Source: an uncultured delta proteobacterium (lineage in GTDB: Bacteria > Desulfobacterota > Desulfomonilia > UBA1062). Taken from it: a stretch of 64,000 bases of DNA. A program made the position numbers and the translations under genes. Positions 26,162-35,430 of this stretch are shown here, piece after piece (within the stretch, counting starts at the first letter, position 1; the number at the start of each line of letters is the position of its first letter). A model generated the notes under the pieces. That model made no database searches. It saw only the letters and a list, made by a program, of their open reading frames with translations, and was not told the origin of the DNA. The stretch lies in assembly GCA_963798485.1 (NCBI GenBank), contig CAWCTR010000007.1, positions 128,001 to 192,000 on the forward strand. Direction: 5' to 3'.

Positions 26162-27425
26162 GGGCGGCCGCATTATCGACCCTGCAAATAATCGGGACGA
26201 ACTCTCTGATATTCTTTTGCGTGACGGCATTATTCAGAAGGTCCTGCCTGCGCTCGGGCCTGTACAGCCTGGTGAAGAGGTTCTCGATGCAACAGGGATG
26301 TGGGTACTCCCGGGACTTATCGATATGCATGCCCACCTCAGGGACCCCGGGTATGAATATAAGGAAGACATTGCAAGCGGAAGCCTTGCAGCAGCAGCAG
26401 GCGGCATTACCACGGTGGTCTGCATGGCCAACACCGATCCGGTCAATGACAATGCCTCGGTTACTCAGTATATCCTGAAGAAGGCCTTGAGTGTGGGTCT
26501 GGTGAGGGTGCTCCCGGTTGGGGCCATGACAAAGGGGCAGCAGGGCAAGGAACTCTCTGAGATGGGGCTCATGAAAGAGGCGGGAATTGTCGGGGTTTCG
26601 GATGATGGAAGGCCTGTGGAAAACGCAGCCATCATGCGTAGCGCCATGGAGTATGCCGCCACATTCTCATTGCCCGTGATATCCCATTGTGAAGACAAGA
26701 ATCTCGCGGCAACGGGGGTGATGAATGAGGGCGCGCTTGCATCAGAGCTCGGCCTGGCAGGCATCACGCCTGCCGCCGAGGAGGTCATGGTATCCCGTGA
26801 TGTGCTGATGTCGCAATATACCGGTGTTCCTGTTCATATCACCCACATTTCCACCAAAGGGAGCCTGGAGATTATAAGGGAGGCAAGGCAGCACGGGGCC
26901 AAGGTCACCTGTGATGCCACACCGCATCATCTTCTCCTCACCGAGGAAGGTGTGCGGACGTACGATGCGAATTACAAGATGAATCCACCCCTGAGGAATG
27001 AGGCCAACAGGCATGCGTTGATAGAAGGGCTCAGGATGAACCTGATTGACTGCATTGCCACTGACCATGCGCCTCATGCCAAGGACGAGAAAGACCTGGA
27101 CTTTGACCTGGCCCCTTTCGGCATCATCGGGTTTCAGACCTTGCTGCCCTCTCTCATGAAGCTTCACCTCGATTTTGACATCGATTTCTCTCAGATCCTG
27201 GCCTGCGTGACCACAAACCCCGCCAAGATCTTGGGCATTGATGGCGGTAAGCTGAGCCCAGGTTCACGGGCCGACATTACTATCTTTGATCCGGAGGCCA
27301 CCTGGACCCTGACCGAGGAGATGATTCTGTCCAAATCTCGGAACACCCCCTTCATCGGCTGGACCTTTACCGGGAAGGTAGTGCGCACCATTGCTGAAGG
27401 AAAAACGGTCTATAGCGCTGACTAG
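26145..27425 (+). CDS. pyrC: Dihydroorotase
   Basis: DMHAHLRDPG, MANTDP, KMNPPLR, ATDHAPH. Confidence 0.96.
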   Translation: MSMWIKGGRIIDPANNRDELSDILLRDGIIQKVLPALGPVQPGEEVLDATGMWVLPGLIDMHAHLRDPGYEYKEDIASGSLAAAAGGITTVVCMANTDPVNDNASVTQYILKKALSVGLVRVLPVGAMTKGQQGKELSEMGLMKEAGIVGVSDDGRPVENAAIMRSAMEYAATFSLPVISHCEDKNLAATGVMNEGALASELGLAGITPAAEEVMVSRDVLMSQYTGVPVHITHISTKGSLEIIREARQHGAKVTCDATPHHLLLTEEGVRTYDANYKMNPPLRNEANRHALIEGLRMNLIDCIATDHAPHAKDEKDLDFDLAPFGIIGFQTLLPSLMKLHLDFDIDFSQILACVTTNPAKILGIDGGKLSPGSRADITIFDPEATWTLTEEMILSKSRNTPFIGWTFTGKVVRTIAEGKTVYSAD

Positions 27426-28555
27426 ATCATACCTGAGTCTTCCATCAGGCCTTTTACCATTTCACCGATGGCCAGGCAGCTCGTGAGCCCCGGCGACTCG
27501 ATCCCGATGAGATTGATGAGACCTGTAAGACCCCGGTCCGCCTCATGGCGGATTACGAAGTCCCGCACCGCTCCGCCGGGCGGCTGAATCTTGGGCCTGA
27601 TGCCTGCCATGTCCGGCATGAGATCTTCTTCAACAAGCATGGGTAAGAGCCTGCGGGCGCTGTCCAGGAAATCCTTTGCATGGGCCGGGTCTACATCATA
27701 GTTGATCTTGTCGACATACCTGGCATCAGGGCCGAGCCTGACCGAGCCTGAGAGGTCCTTGGTAACGTGGATACCCAGCCCGGTAAGGTCTTTTTCAGGG
27801 CTTGGGTACAACAGCCCGTTCACCAGCCCCTGCTTCCTTCCCCTTATACGGAAATATTGACCCTTGACCGGATAGATGCGGTACCCCGCAGTCTGAACAT
27901 CGATACCGGCCATGGAGGCAATGATATCCGAGTGGAGACCCCCTGAATTGATGAGTGCCCTGGTGGTAAATGCATATCGTTCCGCTGGATGTGCCTCCAC
28001 CGTGCATAAGAACCCCTCTTGGGTGAAATCAAGCCCGGCCAGGCGTGAGTTGTATAAGACCGTGCAGCCCTGGCTCAGGGCAAGGGCCTCGAGGGTTTTG
28101 ATCAACCGGTGCGAATCGATAATACCGGTTCGCGGTGAATAAAGGGCGCTTACTCCGGTCACATAAGGTTCCCTTTTTCGCAGGTCGTCCCTGGTGATCA
28201 TGATGAGCCCTTGAGCGCCGTTTTCGGCGCCCTGTCTGCGAAGACCCTCAATGGCAGGCTCTTCAATAGGGCTTGTGGCCACGATGACCTTTCCGATTCT
28301 TTGAAAGGGTATGGTATGCCTTTCACAAAACGCATACAGCAAGTGAGATCCCTCTATGCAGAGCCTGGCCTTTAACGAACCCGTTGGATAATAGATCCCG
28401 GCGTGGATCACCTCTGAGTTGCGAGAGCTTGTCTCCTTGCCGGGGCCTGATTCCTTTTCCAATACGACAATGGACCTGCCTTTTTCTGCGAGCGCACAGG
28501 CTACGGCCAGGCCCACGACGCCTGCCCCGACAATGGTGATATCCACGTGAATCAT
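27422..28555 (-). CDS. FAD-dependent oxidoreductase (L-2-hydroxyglutarate oxidase-like)
   Basis: IVGAGVVG, TSSRNSEVIHAGIYY, GIESPGLT. Confidence 0.88.
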   Translation of the reverse strand: MIHVDITIVGAGVVGLAVACALAEKGRSIVVLEKESGPGKETSSRNSEVIHAGIYYPTGSLKARLCIEGSHLLYAFCERHTIPFQRIGKVIVATSPIEEPAIEGLRRQGAENGAQGLIMITRDDLRKREPYVTGVSALYSPRTGIIDSHRLIKTLEALALSQGCTVLYNSRLAGLDFTQEGFLCTVEAHPAERYAFTTRALINSGGLHSDIIASMAGIDVQTAGYRIYPVKGQYFRIRGRKQGLVNGLLYPSPEKDLTGLGIHVTKDLSGSVRLGPDARYVDKINYDVDPAHAKDFLDSARRLLPMLVEEDLMPDMAGIRPKIQPPGGAVRDFVIRHEADRGLTGLINLIGIESPGLTSCLAIGEMVKGLMEDSGMI

Positions 28556-28767
28556 AGAACCCTTATATCAGCAAAGAGAACGAGAAAGAAGTAAAACGGA
28601 AATGAAAGAGTCCTTTGGTGAAGCATGAATATAAACACTTCAAAGCAGAGGTGTCTTAAAAAATGCTAAAATTCCACAGACCGCCTTGCCTCTATCCCTG
28701 TGATCTGGTATACCTTTCATGGTTTACTCAAGCGCTAAGCATAACAACACAATTCTTGGAGGAGGCC

Positions 28768-30534
28768 ATGGATATCAGGGATAAGATTCCGGTGATCAGG
28801 GTTGCCATTAGGGGCGCCAATGGAAGGATGGGTCTTCAGGCTATCTATGCTTCGATGGAGAATAATGAAGATATCCTTGCCAGGGCAAAAACCAAGGAGC
28901 TTACCGATAAGGATGTCTGGATAGATATAGTTTTCGGGGCCTTTACCGCAGACATCCCTACGGTGCAGCAGATTCTTGCCGGGATCATGCGTTCGGAAAA
29001 ATCAAAAATCCTGGAAGGTTATGACAAGATGGGGAGTCCCATCTTCCGTCTGAAGGCTGACGGCAAGCACGAGCTGAGGACCAAGTATCTGGAGCAGACC
29101 CTTGATGAAGAGCCACAGCGCGAGCATGTTATCCCCTTTGACCGCCAGGAGCTCATAGACTCGCCCGAGGGCCTTCCGGCTATCAAGATTCTGTCCCATG
29201 ACAAACAGGAGGTACTCTCGGTTATCCGCCACGCCAATGTCCGTCTCGGAGAACTCTCGTCAGAGGCCATCATGGACAGGGTGCTGGACACGGCCTATGA
29301 CCTGGGTGCGAATGTCTTGCTGTCATGTGTGGGAGACACGGCAAAAACGGCGGACCGGATGCAGAAGTGGCTCGACAAGATCCACGAGAAGAAATACCCC
29401 ATGGGGTTTTTAGAGTCTGCACCTGCCAAGGGCTGGGAGAAAAGGATGCTCTCCCGTCAGGATGAGATCAGCGTGCTCTGTTCAAGGAACTACAGCCCCA
29501 CAGGTACGCTGTTCAGGACCGGGATCGCACTGAAGCAGCCCCTGTTCACCTATAATACCTTTGAGTTCGGAAAGGCGGCGCAAAGGTTTAAAAAGGTTTT
29601 CGGCAGGATCATAGCGCAGATTACACAAAACGATGCCTTCAAGAATTATGCACAGATCCTTAAAAAACAGCCCACTACAATCCGGGAGATCGATGGCGAG
29701 GAGATCCTGGTGAACTACCCTCCCAACTTCCTTACCGTGACATCGCCCGACTACCTCATCTTCAGCTTCTATGAAGACAACGAATATGGCTTCATCTGTG
29801 CGTCGCTCATCCCCAATCTCAAGGCGCTTGGCCTGATTTTCCGTGACAGTGCCATGGTCGAGAAGGTCAGGGCGAATGGTCTGAAATATGAAGCTGTTAC
29901 CAATGTCCCCGGTCTCTTCGGGGCCGACTGGATCGTAAGGGCACCCCAAGAGATCATAAAAAGGGGTGGGGCCATGTCCACGAGCTCCTGCACCACAAAT
30001 GGCAACATTGTGGGAGACATCATCATGTTCCTGGCCCTGCACAGCTATTTTGACTTCTTCGCTGATACGACAAAAGATTACTATACGTGCACCGATACGG
30101 GGAAAAGGAGTAAGATCGAGGAGAAGATCGAAAAAAAGTTCTCCGAATTTAAGGGTTACCTCGAAGGAATAGTCTCCAACAGGGCCCGCATGATCAAGAC
30201 GATCTTCACGTTCTATTACGACCAGGTATCCTTCATCAACACCGATATGCAGCACGGTCTTACCCGATCAGAATCTCCTGAGGTCCTGGATTACCTGAGA
30301 GAGACTTCTTCCGGTTCCCAGACCGAGGTCCCCAAGTTTCTCTCTTTACCGAGCCGAGAGCAGGAATATCTTAAGGGTCTCAAGGCTCTACTCGAGGACC
30401 AGATTGCCGTGGAAAAGCACGAGCAAGAAAAGGCAGGCCTGGCTGAACAGCTGAAAAATATAGATTCAAGTATCAAGACAATCGACAATAGTATTAACAT
30501 TGTTGCCATACTTGAACACGTAGAGGGCAATTAG
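28768..30534 (+). CDS. GAPDH-like protein with rearranged segment order
   Basis: Strong GGAGGAGG RBS; motifs RVAIRGANGRMG, ESAPAK, YEDNEYGF, SSCTTN, QHGLT, ETSSG in non-canonical order (see findings). Confidence 0.8.
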   Translation: MDIRDKIPVIRVAIRGANGRMGLQAIYASMENNEDILARAKTKELTDKDVWIDIVFGAFTADIPTVQQILAGIMRSEKSKILEGYDKMGSPIFRLKADGKHELRTKYLEQTLDEEPQREHVIPFDRQELIDSPEGLPAIKILSHDKQEVLSVIRHANVRLGELSSEAIMDRVLDTAYDLGANVLLSCVGDTAKTADRMQKWLDKIHEKKYPMGFLESAPAKGWEKRMLSRQDEISVLCSRNYSPTGTLFRTGIALKQPLFTYNTFEFGKAAQRFKKVFGRIIAQITQNDAFKNYAQILKKQPTTIREIDGEEILVNYPPNFLTVTSPDYLIFSFYEDNEYGFICASLIPNLKALGLIFRDSAMVEKVRANGLKYEAVTNVPGLFGADWIVRAPQEIIKRGGAMSTSSCTTNGNIVGDIIMFLALHSYFDFFADTTKDYYTCTDTGKRSKIEEKIEKKFSEFKGYLEGIVSNRARMIKTIFTFYYDQVSFINTDMQHGLTRSESPEVLDYLRETSSGSQTEVPKFLSLPSREQEYLKGLKALLEDQIAVEKHEQEKAGLAEQLKNIDSSIKTIDNSINIVAILEHVEGN

Positions 30535-30577
30535 GGGCTTGACACCTCAATTTCGTTTGGACTATGAACCCTGACAA

Positions 30578-30650
30578 GGGCCCATAGCTCAATTGGTAGA
30601 GCCACCGGCTCATAACCGGTAGGTCCCTGGTTCGATTCCAGGTGGGCCCA
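30578..30650 (+). tRNA. tRNA with CAT anticodon, most likely tRNA-Ile2 (lysidine type)
   Basis: GGGCCCA acceptor stem with paired 1-72, so not an initiator; CCGG-CTCATAA-CCGG anticodon arm as in Ile2 tRNAs; CCA not encoded. Confidence 0.9.
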
Positions 30651-30730
30651 TAACTGGGCCAAGGAAGTAAGGGTGAGAACGGGTAACGTACATGACAGAT
30701 GTTTAACGCAAAATCTCGACAAGGCAGTAC

Positions 30731-30762
30731 AAAGGGGTGCTCATAAGCAGCATCCCTTTTTT
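30731..30762 (+). terminator. Intrinsic terminator downstream of the tRNA
   Basis: AAAGGGGTGCT-cataagc-AGCATCCCTTTTTT hairpin with T tract. Confidence 0.7.
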
Positions 30763-30770
30763 ATTCATTT

Positions 30771-31520
30771 ATGATGATGCTTAAAGACGTGATGGCAGTG
30801 CTTGATACCATAGCCCCCTTCGAGGGTGCCCAGGAGTGGGACAATGTGGGCCTCATGGTGGGCGACTTAGGTAGCCCGATCAACTCGGTACTGGTGGCAC
30901 TTGATCCGTCTCTTGAGGTTATTCAAACGGCAAAGGAAGCGGGAATAGATCTCATACTCACCCACCATCCGCTTATTTTTCAGCCCATTATCCGCATCGA
31001 TCTTCAGGATGTGCTGGCTAAAAAAATCGCGATGCTTATCCGAACCCAGATAAGCCTTATCAGCATGCACACCAATCTCGACAAGGCCCCGGGCGGTGTA
31101 GCCGACGAACTAGCCAAAAGGCTTGCCCTAAACGATGTAAGGCCCCACGGGTATATGCGTATAGGTTTCATCAACATACCAACTACTCTGAATGCGTGGA
31201 TCACGGCGTTGTGCATGAAGGACGCACGTCTTATAGATACCGGTAGGGAGGTGTCCAAGGTTGCCGTGTGCCCGGGAAGCGGCATGGATTACTGGAGGCA
31301 TGCCTTAAGTCACGGGTGCGACACCTTCGTAACCGGCGATGTCCGCTACCATGCCGGGCTGGACGCAAAGGAAGCGGGCATGAATGTGGTGGACTTGGGA
31401 CATTTCGGCACGGAAGAGATCATTGTAATCCCCCTTGCAGAGAGGCTCAAACAGGAGCTGACGGGAGTAGCAGTCCACGCCCACCAGGGCAGGGATGTCT
31501 TCTCCCCCTATAACAACTAA
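30771..31520 (+). CDS. Nif3-like dinuclear metal-centre protein
   Basis: WDNVGLMVG, THHPLIF, HTNLD, VAVCPGSG, TGDVRYH, GHFGTE. Confidence 0.92.
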   Translation: MMMLKDVMAVLDTIAPFEGAQEWDNVGLMVGDLGSPINSVLVALDPSLEVIQTAKEAGIDLILTHHPLIFQPIIRIDLQDVLAKKIAMLIRTQISLISMHTNLDKAPGGVADELAKRLALNDVRPHGYMRIGFINIPTTLNAWITALCMKDARLIDTGREVSKVAVCPGSGMDYWRHALSHGCDTFVTGDVRYHAGLDAKEAGMNVVDLGHFGTEEIIVIPLAERLKQELTGVAVHAHQGRDVFSPYNN

Positions 31521-31532
31521 GGAGAGCTGATA

Positions 31533-32246
31533 TTGAAGGATTTACTAGAAGAGCTGATAGCATTACAGGAAGTGGAGATTGAGATATTCAAGGCGGAAGA
31601 CGGTTTGCGGGAGCTTCCCAAGGAGGTCTCTGAGATCGAGAGCATTATAACAGCCAGGAAGAGGTCTCTGGATTCGGCAGATGAGGAGATTGCATCCTAT
31701 GAGGAGAGGAAGGCCCCCCTGGAGGTGGAGCTTAAAGAGAACCAGGCGTTGCTTGATGCAGCGGACGCCAGGATAAAGCGGATCAAGACCAATAAGGAAT
31801 ATCTTGCCATGCAGCGTGAGATCGACCTTGCCAAGAAGCGGAAGGCCGATCTCGAGGAGCAGGTCCTTACCATCATGGAAAAGATCGAAAAAAAGACCTC
31901 TGAGCGGGAGCGGATAAGGGTCTCGTTCGAGACCGACAAGGTGATCCTGGACGAGAAGAAGGGAAAGCTCAACACACAGATGAAGGAGCTTAAGGCCGTT
32001 CTGGCCGAATACAAGGGCAAGGACGATCGTCTTCGCAAGATAGTGGACAAATCACTGCTATCGAGGTATGACCGTATCAAGCAGAGCAAGAAGGGCCTGG
32101 CCGTGGTGGAATGTTTTGAAGGGGTATGCAGGGGCTGCCACATGCACATCCAGCCTCAACTCTTCAACGAGCTCATTCGTGGCGACAGGCTGATCAACTG
32201 CCCGGCATGCCAGAGGATACTCTATGTGAAGGCCAAGGAAGAGTAG
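31533..32246 (+). CDS. Coiled-coil protein with C4 zinc ribbon (DUF164/CT398-like)
   Basis: Long coiled coil followed by CRGCHM...CPACQRIL; usual neighbour of Nif3. Confidence 0.9.
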   Translation: MKDLLEELIALQEVEIEIFKAEDGLRELPKEVSEIESIITARKRSLDSADEEIASYEERKAPLEVELKENQALLDAADARIKRIKTNKEYLAMQREIDLAKKRKADLEEQVLTIMEKIEKKTSERERIRVSFETDKVILDEKKGKLNTQMKELKAVLAEYKGKDDRLRKIVDKSLLSRYDRIKQSKKGLAVVECFEGVCRGCHMHIQPQLFNELIRGDRLINCPACQRILYVKAKEE

Positions 32247-32383
32247 GAATAGGAAGGGCATAGGATTACTATGTAATGATATCAATACGGTATGGGTGGG
32301 TAACCGGCGACGGTTTCTCCTATACTCCACGAACCTGCACGACCCCCGCACGGTTACCAAAACGCACACGAAATAATTACCTT

Positions 32384-32410
32384 TAAAGTTTTAAAAAAAT
32401 TATCCGTAAA
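32384..32410 (+). promoter_or_regulatory. Putative sigma28 (FliA-type) promoter upstream of the pilin
   Basis: TAAAGTTT-N11-TCCGTAAA versus consensus TAAAGTTT-N11-GCCGATAA. Confidence 0.5.
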
Positions 32411-32524
32411 GAGATAATGAAATGATAATTGCTGAACTATGCACGTTCATTCTACCGGGCCGCAGGGCGCCTAGGCTTATTTTATACATTAAGCGTATTC
32501 CACAAACCAAGGAGGAATGAGGCA

Positions 32525-33007
32525 ATGTTAAAAATGTTCAGGTCAAACAAAAAAGGTTTTACATTAATCGAGTTGATGATCGTCGTGGCGATCATCGGTA
32601 TCCTGGCGGCCATCGCAATCCCCATGTATTCCGGTTACACCAAGAGGGCCAAAGTATCGGAAATCACCAATGCAATGGGCGCAGTGTCAAATTCGGCCAT
32701 GGAGATATACCACTCCAACCAGACCTTCCCAACTGCTGGAACCTTCAGCATAGCGGCGATTGCAAACACCTATGGTGTGACAGTTCCCGGCACCTATCTT
32801 AAGGGGGGTCTTACTAATGGTGCTACTGCAATTACTATTACTAAAGACGATGCTGCTGGACAATTTGTAATCCAAGCTAACATTGATGGTACGGTGATAG
32901 CACTCAATGGAGGACAAGCTGACACTAACATTATACTAACGACAACCATTGGACAGAAGGGTGTCTGGTCAGGTTCGGCCCAGACCCAGTACATCCCCAA
33001 GAACTAG
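32525..33007 (+). CDS. pilA: Type IVa major pilin
   Basis: Prepilin leader [11 protein letters not shown] followed by [22 protein letters not shown]; AGGAGG RBS; own terminator. Confidence 0.93.
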   Translation: MLKMFRSNKKGFTLIELMIVVAIIGILAAIAIPMYSGYTKRAKVSEITNAMGAVSNSAMEIYHSNQTFPTAGTFSIAAIANTYGVTVPGTYLKGGLTNGATAITITKDDAAGQFVIQANIDGTVIALNGGQADTNIILTTTIGQKGVWSGSAQTQYIPKN

Positions 33008-33031
33008 AGATTACGAAATTTCACAGACTCG

Positions 33032-33059
33032 GGCCCGGGCTTTTGCCCGGGCCTTTTTT
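33032..33059 (+). terminator. Intrinsic terminator of the pilin gene
   Basis: GGCCCGGGC-TTTT-GCCCGGGCC-TTTTTT. Confidence 0.9.
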
Positions 33060-33342
33060 GTGTTCCAAAAAGGGGAAAATTGGGACAGCGCCAATTTATA
33101 TTGATAAAATGATGTTCATTTCTTGACGGCATCTTGACGATATCTCTTTGCAGGGAATCCAGAGAAGGGTTGTCCGCAAAATGATCTTGTTCTGCCTCTT
33201 TAACAATTAATACAATGATATTATATAATTAGCTGAAGAAACAGTAAAAACAAAAGTCGCCAGGATATTCCGGGAAAGGGGCTGGTTACAAAAGAGCAGC
33301 CACATGTACGATAATGTAACAAAAACCATAAAAAATGAAACG

Positions 33343-33389
33343 CAACTGTTTGATAAATAACCAGGTAATAAAGTGGCCTGGTTTTTGCT
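33343..33389 (+). promoter_or_regulatory. Sigma54 promoter with adjacent IHF site
   Basis: TGGCCTGGTTTTTGCT at 33374-33389 (GG-N10-GC). The reverse complement of 33343-33355 is TATCAAACAGTTG, an exact WATCAANNNNTTR match. Confidence 0.7.
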
Positions 33390-33432
33390 TTTATTTATTA
33401 AAGTGCTGCATTGGAACTAATGGATTGGAGTT

Positions 33433-35430
33433 ATGTTCATGAGGTATGTTCGAAATATCGGCGTTATTATCATAGTCGTTATATCTCTTTTCCCTCCTCT
33501 TTGCAACGCGGCTTCCCTTCTTATTACATGGAAAGCAGTTACCGACACGGATCTGGCCGGGTACATGGTGTACTACGGCACCCAATCGGGAACGTACGGG
33601 GCTGTTGCAGATGTGCAAACGGCCACGAGTTATCAGATAAGCAATGTTCAGAATGGATACACATACTATATTGCTGTGAGTTCGTATGACAACTCCGGGA
33701 ACGAGTCGAGCCGATCAAATGAAGTAAGTGTTTATATTCCTGTCCCTGCGGCAGTCGTAGACACCACACCCCCGACAGGAAGCGTGGTGATCAACTCAGG
33801 GGCAGCGACTACTACGACCGATTTAGTGACTCTCACACTGAGCGCCAGCGATGCAGGCGGAACAGTGACAGGGATGAAGATCAGCAATGACGGGGTGAGC
33901 TACTCCAGCGAATTTGTCTATACCACCAGTTGCACGTGGACGCTTTCAAGCGGCTATGGGAATAAGACGGTGTATGTCCTCTTCAAGGATGCTGCAGGTA
34001 ACTGGATGAAGTCGCCTGCCACTGCCACGATCCAGGTCGTAGACACCATACCCCCGACAGGAAGCGTGGTGATCAACTCAGGGGCAGCGACTACTACGAC
34101 CGGTTTAGTGACTCTCACCCTGAGCGCCAGTGATGCAGGCGGAACAGTGACAGGGACGAAGATCAGCAATGACGGGGTGAGCTACTCCAGCGAATTTGTC
34201 TATACCACCAGTTGCACGTGGACGCTTTCAAGCGGCTATGGGAATAAGACGGTGTATGTCCTCTTCAAGGATGCTGCCGGTAACTGGATGAAGTCGCCTG
34301 CCACCGCCACGATCCAGGTCGTAGACACCATACCCCCGACAGGGAGCGTGGTGATCAACTCAGGGGCGGCGACTACTACGACCAGTGCAGTGACCCTAAC
34401 CCCGAGCCCCGGCGATGCAGGTGGAACAGGGAGCGCAGCGACCAAGGACCAGTCGGGAACCTCCCTTATAAAACCGGAAATCATCTCTCCGGAAAACAAT
34501 GCGGTCGAAGTCTCGCTGAGGCCTCTCCTGAAGACGACTGCTCTCGCCAAGAACTATATACTGACAGAGTGGGAGATCAGCAATGATAAAGGCGATGTAC
34601 TTCTCGATCTAAAGAGCTCTACGCAACGTACCGAGTTGGTCGTTCCTGAGCTGATTCTTGACCCTGCGATGAAAAACTACTGCAGGGTGAAATTCTATGA
34701 CGATCAAAACAATGCAACAGAATGGTCGGACCCGGTGGCATTCGAAACGGTGCAAATCGATCCAGAAGATCTTAATAAAAATGGCATACCGGATGATCAG
34801 GAACTGCCCTTAGGTGAAGCTGTGAGTTTAAATAAGACTGGGGTTTCAGACCGTGATCAGGATAATATGAAAGCCCTGGTTTCTGTTGTGGGAGAAGAAG
34901 ACATAATCCTTACGGCATCGACAAACTGCAAGGCTATACGATATTTTAAATCAATTGATCCTACCTCGATCCAAGATTCTGCAGGGAAGCCAGGGGCTCT
35001 TCCCATAGGGCTGATCGATTTTAAGGTTGAGGTAGCCAACCCCGGTGATTTTGCCGAGGTGGTTATAACTCTATCCGACCCGGCCCCTCAAGGTGCAAAG
35101 TGGTATATGTATGATGAGACAAACGGGTGGAGGGTATACCCCCATGCCACATTCAGTGATGATCGCATGAAAGTGACTTTACAGTTGAAAGATGGAGATC
35201 CGGATTACGGAGATACGGATGGAGTTGCCAATGGGATTATCGTTGATCCAGGCGGTATTGGCGTAGGAGAGATTCAACAGGCAAATGCAGATAGTAGTGG
35301 TAGCGGAGTATGTTTCATAGCTACATCGAGTCATTGTTCTCCATTGCAGGATGTGTGGGATGTCATTATTCTATTGATACTCTTATTAATTTCAAACATT
35401 AGCGGGTACAGAAAGAATATTGTTGGATAA
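33433..35430 (+). CDS. Secreted surface protein: FN3 domain, 94-aa tandem repeats, choice-of-anchor-U-like domain, C-terminal CFIAT+TM sorting signal
   Basis: Signal peptide; DLAGYMVYYGT...YYIAVSSYDNSGNES (FN3); DGDPDYGDTDGVANGIIVDPGG; GSGVCFIAT followed by a hydrophobic helix and basic residues. Confidence 0.8.
   Translation: MFMRYVRNIGVIIIVVISLFPPLCNAASLLITWKAVTDTDLAGYMVYYGTQSGTYGAVADVQTATSYQISNVQNGYTYYIAVSSYDNSGNESSRSNEVSVYIPVPAAVVDTTPPTGSVVINSGAATTTTDLVTLTLSASDAGGTVTGMKISNDGVSYSSEFVYTTSCTWTLSSGYGNKTVYVLFKDAAGNWMKSPATATIQVVDTIPPTGSVVINSGAATTTTGLVTLTLSASDAGGTVTGTKISNDGVSYSSEFVYTTSCTWTLSSGYGNKTVYVLFKDAAGNWMKSPATATIQVVDTIPPTGSVVINSGAATTTTSAVTLTPSPGDAGGTGSAATKDQSGTSLIKPEIISPENNAVEVSLRPLLKTTALAKNYILTEWEISNDKGDVLLDLKSSTQRTELVVPELILDPAMKNYCRVKFYDDQNNATEWSDPVAFETVQIDPEDLNKNGIPDDQELPLGEAVSLNKTGVSDRDQDNMKALVSVVGEEDIILTASTNCKAIRYFKSIDPTSIQDSAGKPGALPIGLIDFKVEVANPGDFAEVVITLSDPAPQGAKWYMYDETNGWRVYPHATFSDDRMKVTLQLKDGDPDYGDTDGVANGIIVDPGGIGVGEIQQANADSSGSGVCFIATSSHCSPLQDVWDVIILLILLLISNISGYRKNIVG
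33757..34430 (+). repeat. Near-identical 282-bp intragenic tandem repeats (2 full, 1 partial)
   Basis: Units start with GTAGACACC at 33757, 34039 and 34321 (period 282 bp = 94 codons). Confidence 0.95.

Noticed and set aside
28768-28830. Calling the 588-aa ORF DapB or Asd from GANGRMG
   Set aside because: The downstream SAPAK, SCTTN and DNEYG motifs are characteristic of class I GAPDH.
32247-32400. RNase P RNA, often found near Nif3/zinc-ribbon genes
   Set aside because: No GAGGAAAGTCC or other rnpB conserved regions, and the gap is too short.
32525-33007. Electrically conductive (e-pilin) call
   Set aside because: Aromatics occupy positions 1, 24, 27, 51 and 57, but total F/Y/W is 11 of 149 (about 7%), below the commonly used ~9% threshold.
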